Below the pieces are notes generated by a model. The model searched no databases and was not told the origin of the DNA. It saw only the letters and a list, made by a program, of their open reading frames with translations. A program made the position numbers and the translations under genes. From a virus (Duplodnaviria; Heunggongvirae; Uroviricota; Caudoviricetes): DNA of 32,782 bases. Location: IMG/VR virus record IMGVR_UViG_2671180643_000012, one strand, 5' to 3'. Shown here in pieces: positions 9,420 through 18,402 of this stretch (position 1 is the stretch's first letter; every line of letters begins with the position of its first letter).

Positions 9420-10021
9420 TGAATAAAGCCGTATTAAATAACGAACTCATTGCCATAAAAGCGGGAGACATAACCGTTTATAATTATGATGGTGAAACGC
9501 GGGAATATATTTCCACATCAACTGAATATCTTGCGGTTGGCGTCGGTATCCCGGCATGTTCTTGTTTAGATGCACCAGTTACACATAAAGCTGGTTATGC
9601 AATCTGCCGTTCTGCAGATTTTAACTCATGGGAATATGTGCCAGACCATCGCGGTGAAATCATCTATAGCACCGAAACAGGAGAATCGAAAGAAATCACA
9701 GCTCCGGGTGATTACCCTGAAAATACAACCACTATCGCCCCGTTAACGCCATATGATAAATGGGATGGTGAGAAATGGGTGACGGATACTGAGGCACAGC
9801 ATAGTGCCGCAGTAGACGCGGCAGAAGCACAGCGCCAGTCACTGATTGATGCAGCAATGGCTTCCATTAGTCTGATTCAGCTGAAATTACAGGCCGGACG
9901 GAAGTTGACGCTGGCAGAAACAACCCGACTTAACGCCGTGCTGGATTACATTGACGCGGTGGTGGCAACAGATACCAGCACCGCGCCGGATGTCATCTGG
10001 CCTGAACTACCGGAGGCGTAG
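9419..10021 (+). CDS. Alternative tail-fibre assembly protein (U'-like), partner of the silent cassette
   Basis: 200 aa, translationally coupled to the preceding cassette; C-terminal region has the conserved tail-fibre-assembly ending (DYIDAV...APDVIWPELPEA), mirroring the expressed copy (APDIEWPTPP). Confidence 0.7.
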   Translation: MNKAVLNNELIAIKAGDITVYNYDGETREYISTSTEYLAVGVGIPACSCLDAPVTHKAGYAICRSADFNSWEYVPDHRGEIIYSTETGESKEITAPGDYPENTTTIAPLTPYDKWDGEKWVTDTEAQHSAAVDAAEAQRQSLIDAAMASISLIQLKLQAGRKLTLAETTRLNAVLDYIDAVVATDTSTAPDVIWPELPEA

Positions 10022-10430
10022 GCCATTCAATATCTGGAGCACTGGAAATATCGACCATTTCCAGTGCATCCAGATAATCCAGCCACAAATTATATTGTGC
10101 CAGTTCCTCACCTTTCAGACGACCAATCGCCGCTTTACCAGGCCATTGCTTACTGTTTATGTATTCGTTGACCCGATCAATCAATTGCTGCTTTTCCAGT
10201 TCGGCTGCGGCAATTTGTTCCTCATGAGTTGGCGGTGGAATATCAGCCCAGGCTGGCATTCCATTCACGCTGGAGAGAATTTTCCCCTGCGGCCATACAC
10301 CACCGTATTCCGCTCTTACGGTATCGCTGATTGCAACGGCATCTGATAAATCCCAGCCAGCATCGATATATTCCTGTATTAGGGACTCGGGAAAAAATGA
10401 CAGGTTTGCGGGAGACCATAAAAATTCCAT
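9993..10430 (-). CDS. Tail-fibre assembly protein (functional equivalent of P2 G / Mu U), expressed orientation
   Basis: Follows the H stop by 2 nt; conserved C-terminus. The track ORF starts at an upstream GTG at 10439; I chose the ATG at about 10430. The 3' end overlaps the convergent U'-like gene by about 29 bp. Confidence 0.7.
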   Translation of the reverse strand: MEFLWSPANLSFFPESLIQEYIDAGWDLSDAVAISDTVRAEYGGVWPQGKILSSVNGMPAWADIPPPTHEEQIAAAELEKQQLIDRVNEYINSKQWPGKAAIGRLKGEELAQYNLWLDYLDALEMVDISSAPDIEWPTPPVVQAR

Positions 10431-10432
10431 AA

Positions 10433-11629
10433 TTAACACCCTATTGAATACACCATTACTTCCAGTTGGCTGGATGTATATGTACTGGTTGCAAGAAATG
10501 AAGAAAGATTGTTATTAGATGCACTGACAAACGGACTCGCCGCCACGTTAATGGTGCGGCTTTCAACGTTGGCCCATGACCCAATAACCGTTAATGTGAA
10601 CGGGATTAAATAGTTTGCTGATACTGTAGCCCCTTTAGTACCAGATGCTGCAGGAATAGAGACTTTCTTCCATTGCAGCATCCATTTCTGAGGAAACCGT
10701 ACATATCCTTCATTCAGTTCATTCCTGAATTCAAAACTACCCATATCCGGGATCTGATTCCCCCCTGTGCCCACATCCCGTTTTGCCGCCTCTCCCAAAC
10801 CAAGGTATGCGAGAAGACCAGCTACATCCTTTCCACTCAAATGAGTCAGCGTCTCATCCAGTGGCTGCTTACCTGACAGCGCATTGTTAATGGTGGTACT
10901 GAATTTCGGGTCATTGTTAATGGCTGCGGCAATTTCTTTCAGTGTATCCAGCGTGGCAGGCGCACCGTTAATCAGAGCGGTAATAGCCGCCTGAACAAAC
11001 GCAGTGGTCGCAATCCGCGTGGTGTTATTTCCTGTGGCAGGCGTCGGCGCTTTTGGTTCTCCGGTAAATGTCGGATTATGTTTCTGTGCATACTGGGTAT
11101 GAGGGTCCTGTGCGGCAATGTGTTTTCTCATCTGGTCATCCACATACAGCCTTAATTCCAGGACTTCATCATCCACGTATTTACGGGTCGCCAGTACCAC
11201 CGACGGGTCGATTTTCAGCGTAATAGCTTCGGTATTCGTGACAACCAGAATCATGCGGATAGTCTGGGTACGACCACTTCCTTCCTGCAACTGCGGTTTG
11301 TACGTTTCCGGGCAGTTCGCCACCGCAATGAGTACGCCTTCATCATCATAAAGCCCAATCTCACGGATCCAGAATCCGCCCTCGTTCTCAGGGATGATTT
11401 GCTCCGCAATAATCTGGCTCTGGTTGTTCGGGTCAACACTCAGAAGATTCAGCGGTGCAATGCGTTTCTGATTAATCAGTTTTGTCTGTGCCGGGTCTGG
11501 TGTCGGCAAGACACCATTCGCATCACCAACGGCCATTTGCGTCAGATTCAGCTTACTGCCGAGCATCGTCGCGTTAGCCAGCCGTGCTGCGCCCTGATTA
11601 GTCAGAATGGCGTAGTATTTCACTGTCAT
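10433..11629 (-). CDS. H: Tail fibre protein H (P2-like N-terminal domain; C-terminal about 122 aa encoded inside the invertible segment)
   Basis: 398 aa; N-terminus has P2 gpH-like motifs (GGFWIREIGLYDDEGVLIAVAN, YKPQLQEGSGRTQTIRM); the right crossover site at 10790-10815 lies inside the gene at codons LGLGE. Confidence 0.85.
   Translation of the reverse strand: MTVKYYAILTNQGAARLANATMLGSKLNLTQMAVGDANGVLPTPDPAQTKLINQKRIAPLNLLSVDPNNQSQIIAEQIIPENEGGFWIREIGLYDDEGVLIAVANCPETYKPQLQEGSGRTQTIRMILVVTNTEAITLKIDPSVVLATRKYVDDEVLELRLYVDDQMRKHIAAQDPHTQYAQKHNPTFTGEPKAPTPATGNNTTRIATTAFVQAAITALINGAPATLDTLKEIAAAINNDPKFSTTINNALSGKQPLDETLTHLSGKDVAGLLAYLGLGEAAKRDVGTGGNQIPDMGSFEFRNELNEGYVRFPQKWMLQWKKVSIPAASGTKGATVSANYLIPFTLTVIGSWANVESRTINVAASPFVSASNNNLSSFLATSTYTSSQLEVMVYSIGC
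10790..10815. repeat. gix/hix-like inversion crossover site (right), inside gene H
   Basis: The reverse complement reads ttctcgcatacc-tt-ggtttgggagag, matching the left site at the core and right half. Confidence 0.65.
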
Positions 11630-12237
11630 GCGTTTACTCTCAGGTTATCAATTAAATGAATGGCCGAGGCCGGGAAATAATCCCCTCCGACAATAATGGC
11701 CTCCGGGGTGTAGGGATAAACCGTCAGGGCGTCACCGTGATAGCATCCCGCACCGGCAAAAATGTTGCCGGTTGTACTTAAGCTGATAGCCAGTCCCGTC
11801 AGATGGCGGCTCGCCGGTTTTGCATCAGCAACGAGGCGCTCCAGCTCCTGATACATTTCCTCGGTAATACCCTGCTCAAGCACGCCAACAACGATGCGGA
11901 ACGTCCCCGGCTCCTCGTTGAGCTGCCACCACTCCCTCACCTCAATCAGATATCCGAGCGGCTCCACCACACGCCGGATTGCGCCTATAGTGCCCTTATG
12001 GCAGTGAATGAAATACGCATCGCGGATAACAGCGCGTTTTGTCGCTTCCGGCCATTTATCATCCCAGCGGTCAACCGAAAATGACCACGCCAGCCACGGC
12101 AGCAGATTTGCCGGGCAGGTGTCCGGGTTCCACAGCTCACGAATACTGACCGGCGTTTTTTCAATTTCCGCACAGGCTTTTGCGGCGGCGACTTCAAGCG
12201 GTGATGAGCCAGTCGGCAGCAGTCGCGAATCACTCAT
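11626..12237 (-). CDS. I: Baseplate assembly protein I
   Basis: 203 aa immediately upstream of H with a 4-nt overlap; P2 gpI-like position and sequence. Confidence 0.8.
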   Translation of the reverse strand: MSDSRLLPTGSSPLEVAAAKACAEIEKTPVSIRELWNPDTCPANLLPWLAWSFSVDRWDDKWPEATKRAVIRDAYFIHCHKGTIGAIRRVVEPLGYLIEVREWWQLNEEPGTFRIVVGVLEQGITEEMYQELERLVADAKPASRHLTGLAISLSTTGNIFAGAGCYHGDALTVYPYTPEAIIVGGDYFPASAIHLIDNLRVNA

Positions 12238-13138
12238 CCGAGCCTCCGGTCACGACGCTGTATTCGGTGCAGAAAGACGCCTGCGTACTGTTGAGCACAA
12301 TGTCGGCCAGTGGTGCGGCCAGCTCGACACGCTGCACACCTTCAACATGCAAAGCGGCATAAATGGCAGACAGACGGATGTCACGCCCCAGCCGGTGCTG
12401 TGCCGTGATATACGCTTCCAGTTTTTTCACGGCGGCGGCGCGGATGGGTTCGCTTTCGGGACCAGGGTAAAGGTAAAGCGTGGCGTTTATCTGGTATTCA
12501 ACAATGGCGGCAGACTGCACGGTCACGCGGTCGGCCACCGGCCTGACGTCCTCGCCATTAAGGGCGTTACGCACCACCGCCAGCAGGTCTTCGGATGCCA
12601 CACCGTTATTTTCACGTGACAGCACGGAGATGGTGACGCAGGCCGGAGACGGACTGGTGACAGAGATATCTGCGACACGCCCGTCGGCACTGCGACCATG
12701 ATACTGATAGGCACCCACCGACCCGGCGACGCTTAAGCCCTCAAACGCCTGCTGAATACGCAGACGATAATCGGTGTCAGATTCCATCACTGCCGGTGTC
12801 GGCGGGAGGGTCGAATCATCTGCCGGGGTGATAATCAGGCGCGTGGTGTTGTAATTGGCACCAATCACATCAAGGTCATTACCGGCGGCACAGGCCAGCA
12901 TTATCGCCCGTGCGGCCTCATTCACACGCTGACGCCAGATAAGCTCACGATAAGCATTTTCCTCCAGCAGTTTGACGAGAGGTTCGGATTCCAGCGTCAG
13001 GGTACGGGCGACCGCCTCCTGCTGGTCTTCCGGGTAAAGGGAAATCAGTGTCGCCTTGCGTTCGGCAAGAATGGTTTCAAAGTCCAGCTCCTCGACCACA
13101 TCCGGTGCGGGTAGCTGGTTCAGGTCGATAATCGGCAT
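12230..13138 (-). CDS. J: Baseplate assembly protein J
   Basis: 302 aa, same length and position as P2 gpJ. Confidence 0.85.
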   Translation of the reverse strand: MPIIDLNQLPAPDVVEELDFETILAERKATLISLYPEDQQEAVARTLTLESEPLVKLLEENAYRELIWRQRVNEAARAIMLACAAGNDLDVIGANYNTTRLIITPADDSTLPPTPAVMESDTDYRLRIQQAFEGLSVAGSVGAYQYHGRSADGRVADISVTSPSPACVTISVLSRENNGVASEDLLAVVRNALNGEDVRPVADRVTVQSAAIVEYQINATLYLYPGPESEPIRAAAVKKLEAYITAQHRLGRDIRLSAIYAALHVEGVQRVELAAPLADIVLNSTQASFCTEYSVVTGGSDE

Positions 13139-13142
13139 GGTT

Positions 13143-13490
13143 TCAACTCACAGGGATGGTTAACGAAAGTGGCTGGCCGGTGTCGTTGTGCTGACCGGTT
13201 AACGTGACCGTCATTCGCCCGTCAAAACTGCGCGCCGTGGTGACGGATGACAGGGTGACGCGGGGTTCCCATTTCAGCACTGCCATGTAACAGGCGACCT
13301 TAATCTGCAACTCAAGCGCCGGAGTCTGCGGCTGGTCAATCATTGACGCCAGCAACGAGCCGTAATCACGACGCATCACCCGTGAGCCGACCGGTGTGCG
13401 CAGAATATCGCCGATACTCTGGCTGATATGCTCAAGGTCAGTGACCGTCAGGCCATCACTGCGATTCATTCCGAGATAACGCGCTGTCAT
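13143..13490 (-). CDS. W: Baseplate protein W (gp25-like)
   Basis: 115 aa, same length and position as P2 gpW. Confidence 0.85.
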   Translation of the reverse strand: MTARYLGMNRSDGLTVTDLEHISQSIGDILRTPVGSRVMRRDYGSLLASMIDQPQTPALELQIKVACYMAVLKWEPRVTLSSVTTARSFDGRMTVTLTGQHNDTGQPLSLTIPVS

Positions 13491-14122
13491 AAAGGACTCC
13501 CGGTTGTGCCGCCGCTGTCGCCGGGGTGTTTGTGGGTATGCAGTACCTTACCGTTTGATGAGAGTTCACCGCCGGTGTGTTCAATGTTGCCGCGCATCGT
13601 CCCGCCCTTCTGCACTTCCAGCGTGCCGGTAGTCAGTTTGTTAGTGCAGACCACTTCCGGTGTGTCCAGGGTGACACGGGTTGACGCTTTCACCGTGACC
13701 ACCGGTACCGTGGCAGTAACAGAATCAGAAGCCGTCACGCTGGCCGTTTTAATTCCGCTTACCGTGAGTGCACTGGTTTCGGGTTCATACTCAATCACCG
13801 CCCCGTCAGGGAAACGGATATGCAGGGCATCCGCCGACGCAGACGGCGCGGGGTTATCGCCGGAATAAATCCCCGGCAGAACAAACGCCGTGTCAAGTTC
13901 ACCGCCCACGGCCAGAATCAGCACCTGCTCCCCCACGGAAGGTGCCCACCATGTGCGCGAACGCCCGGCACGACAGGTCAGCCACTGAAGCCAGTCGGTG
14001 CACATGCCGCCGGTCTGCACACGGCAGCGACCGGCGTTAAGGTCGGTTTCGACGATAATGCCGGTGCGAATCATGTTGCGCAGTGCGCGCGCGAGTTCCT
14101 GAATATTTGCGAGAGTGTTCAT
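13487..14122 (-). CDS. V: Baseplate spike protein V
   Basis: 211 aa, same length and position as P2 gpV; overlaps the W start. Confidence 0.85.
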   Translation of the reverse strand: MNTLANIQELARALRNMIRTGIIVETDLNAGRCRVQTGGMCTDWLQWLTCRAGRSRTWWAPSVGEQVLILAVGGELDTAFVLPGIYSGDNPAPSASADALHIRFPDGAVIEYEPETSALTVSGIKTASVTASDSVTATVPVVTVKASTRVTLDTPEVVCTNKLTTGTLEVQKGGTMRGNIEHTGGELSSNGKVLHTHKHPGDSGGTTGSPL

Positions 14123-14188
14123 AACGGGAAGGATGCCGCCGGGTCATACCGGCGGCAATGTGACGATGAGGTGTCGGGGATGGCACAA

Positions 14189-14641
14189 CTAACGGTCGAG
14201 GTGCGCCAGAATAATCTCTTCAATCATCTGCACATCCTCACCGGTAAAGCCGAGCAGAGGACGCGCCGGATAATCAATTTTCTTACCGTCTTTCCGGGTT
14301 TCTTCCGACAGACCGAACTGATGCACGCTGGCGATTTTCGGTGACTTCCCGCCGTAAAACTCCATTGATGCCTGTTCCGGGCTGGCGCGGATATGCAAAA
14401 AACGACTGGTGATAAGTTTCGCAAACATTTTTCGCTTAACACGACCAGTCTTTTTTCTGGCGCTCTGCTGCTGGCGTGGCGCGTAGGGTGTGCAGTCCGG
14501 GGCTTTCTGAGCCATCACCCGACGCTGCTGACTCTGCCGCAGACGTTTCGCCAGTTCGGCGCTCAGTCGCCGACGCCCTGACGGTGACAGCGATTCAATC
14601 AGTCCGGTCAGCCGGTCTTCAAAACGCTTAAACTCATTCAT
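14189..14641 (-). CDS. S: Tail completion protein S
   Basis: 150 aa, same length and position as P2 gpS. Confidence 0.8.
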   Translation of the reverse strand: MNEFKRFEDRLTGLIESLSPSGRRRLSAELAKRLRQSQQRRVMAQKAPDCTPYAPRQQQSARKKTGRVKRKMFAKLITSRFLHIRASPEQASMEFYGGKSPKIASVHQFGLSEETRKDGKKIDYPARPLLGFTGEDVQMIEEIILAHLDR

Positions 14642-15101
14642 CCCACTTGCTCACCAGTTCGCCATTGATATAAAGCTCCACCGGGCGGGTGACCGGCTCC
14701 GGCGGCGTGGGTTCCGGGATATTCTTCACATGCAGTGCGCCGTCCACCTCACTGACCAGCGTGCGCTCGGTCAGCATCAGGCTGATGCTGATATCAAAGC
14801 TGCTGTCATTGTTGATGTCTGCATAAAACGTGAAGCCCTTTTTCTGGCCTTCGTCAGTGGTCATGATGTCGGGCTGATTTTCCCGCAGCCACGCCAGCAC
14901 CGGCACGATGAGCAGGTCAAAATCACCGGTAAAGTCGGTCACAATCACATTGAGCGTGTAACGCTTTTCGAATGACAGCGACGTCGCCAGTGTGGAGGCA
15001 ATACTCCCGTTATCCACGAATATCCGCAGCATCTCGGGGCTGGTTTTCAGCACCGTGACGGCATCAGTCAGTGCCCTGCGCAGGCTGTCGGGTTTGAGCA
15101 T
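14634..15101 (-). CDS. R: Tail completion protein R
   Basis: 155 aa, same length and position as P2 gpR. Confidence 0.8.
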   Translation of the reverse strand: MLKPDSLRRALTDAVTVLKTSPEMLRIFVDNGSIASTLATSLSFEKRYTLNVIVTDFTGDFDLLIVPVLAWLRENQPDIMTTDEGQKKGFTFYADINNDSSFDISISLMLTERTLVSEVDGALHVKNIPEPTPPEPVTRPVELYINGELVSKWDE

Positions 15102-15354
15102 CGTTTTCGTCCTGACAGTGTTTAATCATTTTTACCTGGCTGGCACAACGTGCCAGCGCGTTCTCAAGCTGCCGGATATCGGCACTTAAATCGCCGTTCG
15201 TCTGCGGGTCACTGCCCGGCATCGGGCAAAGGCTCACTTTCGGGCAGGCGTTGTGGACAATCACTGGCGTCGGTGCAGGCCGGACGCTGGTGCAACCGGC
15301 GCACAGCATCAGGCAGGTCAGCGCCGTACCAGCGGCGAAAATCTTCGTTTTCAT
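15064..15354 (-). CDS. lysC: LysC, outer-membrane spanin (Rz1-like lipoprotein), embedded out of frame in lysB
   Basis: 96-aa product MKTKIFAAGTALTCLMLCAGC... with a lipobox (LCAGC); proline-rich; lies in a different frame across the 3' end of lysB; track ORF trimmed to the internal Met. Confidence 0.7.
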   Translation of the reverse strand: MKTKIFAAGTALTCLMLCAGCTSVRPAPTPVIVHNACPKVSLCPMPGSDPQTNGDLSADIRQLENALARCASQVKMIKHCQDENDAQTRQPAQGTD

Positions 15355-15634
15355 TGAGTAACCTCGTGATGGTTTTCTCGCGCTGTGCTTCACGCTTCGC
15401 GGCGTTCTCCAGTTCCTGACGCAGTGCCACCTGCGCCAGCTCGTTTTTGTCTGCCCTGGTGAGTGCAACATGAAGCTGGTTTTTCAGCATGGTGATGGTC
15501 GTCTGCTGTTCACTGGCGACGTTGTTCGCCCTGTCCAGCGAGGCGCGCAGGCTGACATTTTTATGTTTCACCAGAAACAGACCGGCCACCGCCAGCGATA
15601 ACAACACAACCAGCACAATCATCAGCCTTGACAT
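15209..15634 (-). CDS. lysB: LysB, inner-membrane spanin (Rz-like)
   Basis: 141 aa; N-terminal transmembrane helix followed by a charged coiled-coil region; P2 LysB length. Confidence 0.8.
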   Translation of the reverse strand: MSRLMIVLVVLLSLAVAGLFLVKHKNVSLRASLDRANNVASEQQTTITMLKNQLHVALTRADKNELAQVALRQELENAAKREAQREKTITRLLNENEDFRRWYGADLPDAVRRLHQRPACTDASDCPQRLPESEPLPDAGQ

Positions 15635-16047
15635 GGTTCCCGCCCCTCAAGACGCTGACGGCAGGCCGTACATATCAGCCGGAAGAACAGCGACGCCACG
15701 AGATAAATCAGCGCGGTAAAAATCCACCCGGCAGCGACCAGCGAGATAAACGTCGCCACCATCACCACCAGAGCCGCTGCCCGCCTGCGCCACGGCACCG
15801 GCTGCAAACACAGCGACGTGACAATCTTCACGGCCAGCGATTCCGGCGGCAGCTCCCGCCCGTAGCGTTCCAGCACATACTCAGTGGCATACACGCCGAC
15901 ACCAACGGCAACCACACAGATAACCGTCGCCAGAATCGCCCAGGCAGCGACAAAACTGACGGCCACGCTCTGCGGGTAAATCAGGGACAGTGCCAGCATC
16001 AGCGCCAGCGACACGTTCAGCATCAGTGAAAGGGATAATTTCTTCAT
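15622..16047 (-). CDS. lysA: LysA, membrane protein that modulates lysis timing
   Basis: 141 aa with several hydrophobic helices; P2 LysA length and position. Confidence 0.75.
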   Translation of the reverse strand: MKKLSLSLMLNVSLALMLALSLIYPQSVAVSFVAAWAILATVICVVAVGVGVYATEYVLERYGRELPPESLAVKIVTSLCLQPVPWRRRAAALVVMVATFISLVAAGWIFTALIYLVASLFFRLICTACRQRLEGREPCQG

Positions 16048-16061
16048 GGTGTTTACTCCGT

Positions 16062-16559
16062 TTAAGCCGGTACGCCGCCAGCGGTACGCCAGACGGTGAC
16101 CAGTTTTTCCAGTGAATGCTCACGCTGACCGTAACCGGCACCCGGCAGGGACGCCCAGATATTGCGACAGCGTGAAATGGCGCGTTCAATGCGTCCCGCC
16201 CGGATGTCATCCAGTGCACCGCGTTCGCGGATCAACTGAATGGCGAGTCTGTCCTGTGACAACGGACTGAAATCCGGCAGGGCAAGCTGTTTGCGGTAAT
16301 GCGGCCAGAACAGGTAAAGCTGCTGATAGCGACCGGAGGCCGTGGATTTTTCACCGCGACGGTTAAACACCTTCGCCGGTCGGCCATGCGCGAACGGGTG
16401 GTCGCTGTAGTCGGTGAAGATTTCCGGCTTCCCGTCCAGTCCGGTGACTATCACGTCATAGCCCCGGTTTTTCGTCAGCGGATGATTTGCCGTCCCTTCG
16501 GACACGGCCAGCATGTCGAGAAAGGCGGCGATATTCTGATGCGTGTTAATTACCGGCAT
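16062..16559 (-). CDS. K: Endolysin K
   Basis: 165 aa, same length and position as P2 gpK. Confidence 0.85.
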   Translation of the reverse strand: MPVINTHQNIAAFLDMLAVSEGTANHPLTKNRGYDVIVTGLDGKPEIFTDYSDHPFAHGRPAKVFNRRGEKSTASGRYQQLYLFWPHYRKQLALPDFSPLSQDRLAIQLIRERGALDDIRAGRIERAISRCRNIWASLPGAGYGQREHSLEKLVTVWRTAGGVPA

Positions 16560-16840
16560 TACGGTTTCCCCCTGCCCTTAAAGCGGCGCTGAATGGCAAT
16601 CTCAATCACCTGATAACCGGCGATACCCAGCATGGAGCCGATGCCGCACACCGCAGGCAGTGACAGGTCAGGGAACTGCACCAGAACAACACCGGCGACC
16701 ATCGAGACAAAACCACCGAGCAACATGCGCCCGATAAACAGACGCGGGGTGATGGGTTCACCACCGGCAAGCACCTTGCCGACAACAATCAGCACCCCAA
16801 TCATGAAAAGCGACAGGACGCTTTTTTCTTCTGCTGTCAT
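16559..16840 (-). CDS. Y: Holin Y
   Basis: 93 aa with hydrophobic transmembrane segments and a charged C-terminus; P2 gpY length. Confidence 0.85.
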   Translation of the reverse strand: MTAEEKSVLSLFMIGVLIVVGKVLAGGEPITPRLFIGRMLLGGFVSMVAGVVLVQFPDLSLPAVCGIGSMLGIAGYQVIEIAIQRRFKGRGKP

Positions 16841-16843
16841 GCG

Positions 16844-17047
16844 TTACTCCCACAGATTGACAGTTTCAGCCACGGGCGCGGTCTGAACGTCGGGCAGTTC
16901 GACGGCGGTGCCGTGTGGCAGCACCGCACCCAGTTCAGCCAGTCCCGGATTTGCGGCGAGCACGGTCTCAACCACGCCCTCAGTGCGCCCGTAATACCGG
17001 ACACAAATGGCGTCGAGCGTGTCGCCCTGTAGCGCAAAGGTCTTCAT
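16844..17047 (-). CDS. X: Tail protein X
   Basis: 67-aa product MKTFALQGDTLDAICVRYYGR... matches P2 gpX; track ORF trimmed to the internal Met. Confidence 0.8.
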   Translation of the reverse strand: MKTFALQGDTLDAICVRYYGRTEGVVETVLAANPGLAELGAVLPHGTAVELPDVQTAPVAETVNLWE

Positions 17048-17556
17048 CAGATTTGACTCACGATGCAGCGCGGCTTGTCCTGGATACGCGCCACTGCCCA
17101 GCGCATATCCCGCCACAGTTCATCGATGGTGCTGTCAATGCTGTCAGCCTTCTTGTCGCCTTTCGCACTGGCATCCACGCCGCGATAACGCTCATAAAGC
17201 GACGCGGTCGCCATCGCACACACGGCGCGCTCGTAGTAAAAAACTTTGATGCTTTCACCGTCGATGTCGTCCGCCGGGACGTCAGCCAGACGCGTAAAAC
17301 CGGCGGCAATTTTCTGTTCGCGGTACTCGTACAGCTCCGCATTCGTTTCAGCCATGCCTGACTTGATGGCCTCACGCAGACGGGCGGGGGCGACGGTCTG
17401 CTCAAGGCGCATACGTTCCCTGACGCGCTTCGGGTCGATATCGGGAAAAAAGAACGTGTTTTTAATCACCGGCTCGTCGCCTGCCGGTTGCGGGATGACC
17501 ACCGTACCCTCACCGGATACGGGAGCCTCCTTTCGCGGAATAATCAGCGTCATCAT
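17047..17556 (-). CDS. L: Head completion/stabilisation protein L
   Basis: 169-aa product starting MMTLIIPRKEAP..., P2 gpL length; track ORF trimmed. Confidence 0.8.
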   Translation of the reverse strand: MMTLIIPRKEAPVSGEGTVVIPQPAGDEPVIKNTFFFPDIDPKRVRERMRLEQTVAPARLREAIKSGMAETNAELYEYREQKIAAGFTRLADVPADDIDGESIKVFYYERAVCAMATASLYERYRGVDASAKGDKKADSIDSTIDELWRDMRWAVARIQDKPRCIVSQI

Positions 17557-17655
17557 GACTACCTCTGAAAAGTCGGGCGGTGGACGCCGGTGCAGTGTCA
17601 GGTAATTCACCCTCACTGACCGGCGTGCCGCCCTGGCGCGGGGCGCATTCGGTTG

Positions 17656-18399
17656 TTAACTGGCTTTCTTTTTCGGGCGTCCACGTTTTGCCGGTGTCAC
17701 GCTCCGGGTCTTACGCGGGGCGCGGGTGGCCGCTTTTGGCTGCGGCTCCGGCTTCGGTTTCAGCTCCCGCTCCAGTCGTTCAATCTCTTTTTTGACGCCT
17801 GCCTGACAGTCGAGCTGTGTCGCACGTTGCAGGTGAGCCAGCGCACCGGCGGCATCACCACCATCACGCAGAAACAGACCGGTGATTTTGTGCAGCTTTG
17901 CGCGCACTTCATCAGGCATGTCAGCCGTGGCGGTCAGTTCAAGGGTGTCCGTCAGCAGGCGGGTATCCACAGACTCACCGGCAGCGTGAGCACGCATGGC
18001 CGCAAGCGCCACCTCCTCGGTGAACATGTACGGCGGGGTGCGGCGGTGTTTACCCGGCATGGTCAGACCGTACTTCAGGGCATAACGGGCAATCTCCAGC
18101 GCACCGGCAATATCGCCGGTATCCAGACGCCACAGCATGACCGTCATCAGAATGTCATCCTGTGCACCTTTGCCCTGCTCCAGCACACCGTTCACCCACG
18201 GCAACCAGAACGGCAGCAGTTCGCGTTTTTTCGCGGCCTTCAGCTCTTTTGAATAAATCGCTTTCAGTGTGCGCTGGTCTGCGGCGAGCTTAACCAGCAT
18301 CTGCTCATAGACAGTTGCATGTCGCAGCGGGGCGGCTTCCCGCTGCGCGGTCATCGCTGCCGAGACCCGCATCATGTGGCGCTGTGCGGGACTCGTCAT
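17656..18399 (-). CDS. M: Terminase small (endonuclease) subunit M
   Basis: 247 aa, same length and position as P2 gpM. Confidence 0.85.
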   Translation of the reverse strand: MTSPAQRHMMRVSAAMTAQREAAPLRHATVYEQMLVKLAADQRTLKAIYSKELKAAKKRELLPFWLPWVNGVLEQGKGAQDDILMTVMLWRLDTGDIAGALEIARYALKYGLTMPGKHRRTPPYMFTEEVALAAMRAHAAGESVDTRLLTDTLELTATADMPDEVRAKLHKITGLFLRDGGDAAGALAHLQRATQLDCQAGVKKEIERLERELKPKPEPQPKAATRAPRKTRSVTPAKRGRPKKKAS

Positions 18400-18402
18400 C
18401 GG

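Larger units (their letters stand above)
8947..10815. other. Invertible tail-fibre DNA segment (G-segment-like) controlled by the adjacent invertase
   Basis: Bounded by inverted gix-like sites. Contains the expressed fibre C-terminus and its assembly gene on the minus strand and a promoterless alternative pair on the plus strand; the two crossover sites fall at the same GLGE codons in both fibre reading frames. Confidence 0.75.

Noticed and set aside
12008-12619. 203-aa plus-strand ORF spanning the I/J junction
   Set aside because: Antisense to two conserved baseplate genes; Gly/Arg/His-rich shadow translation.
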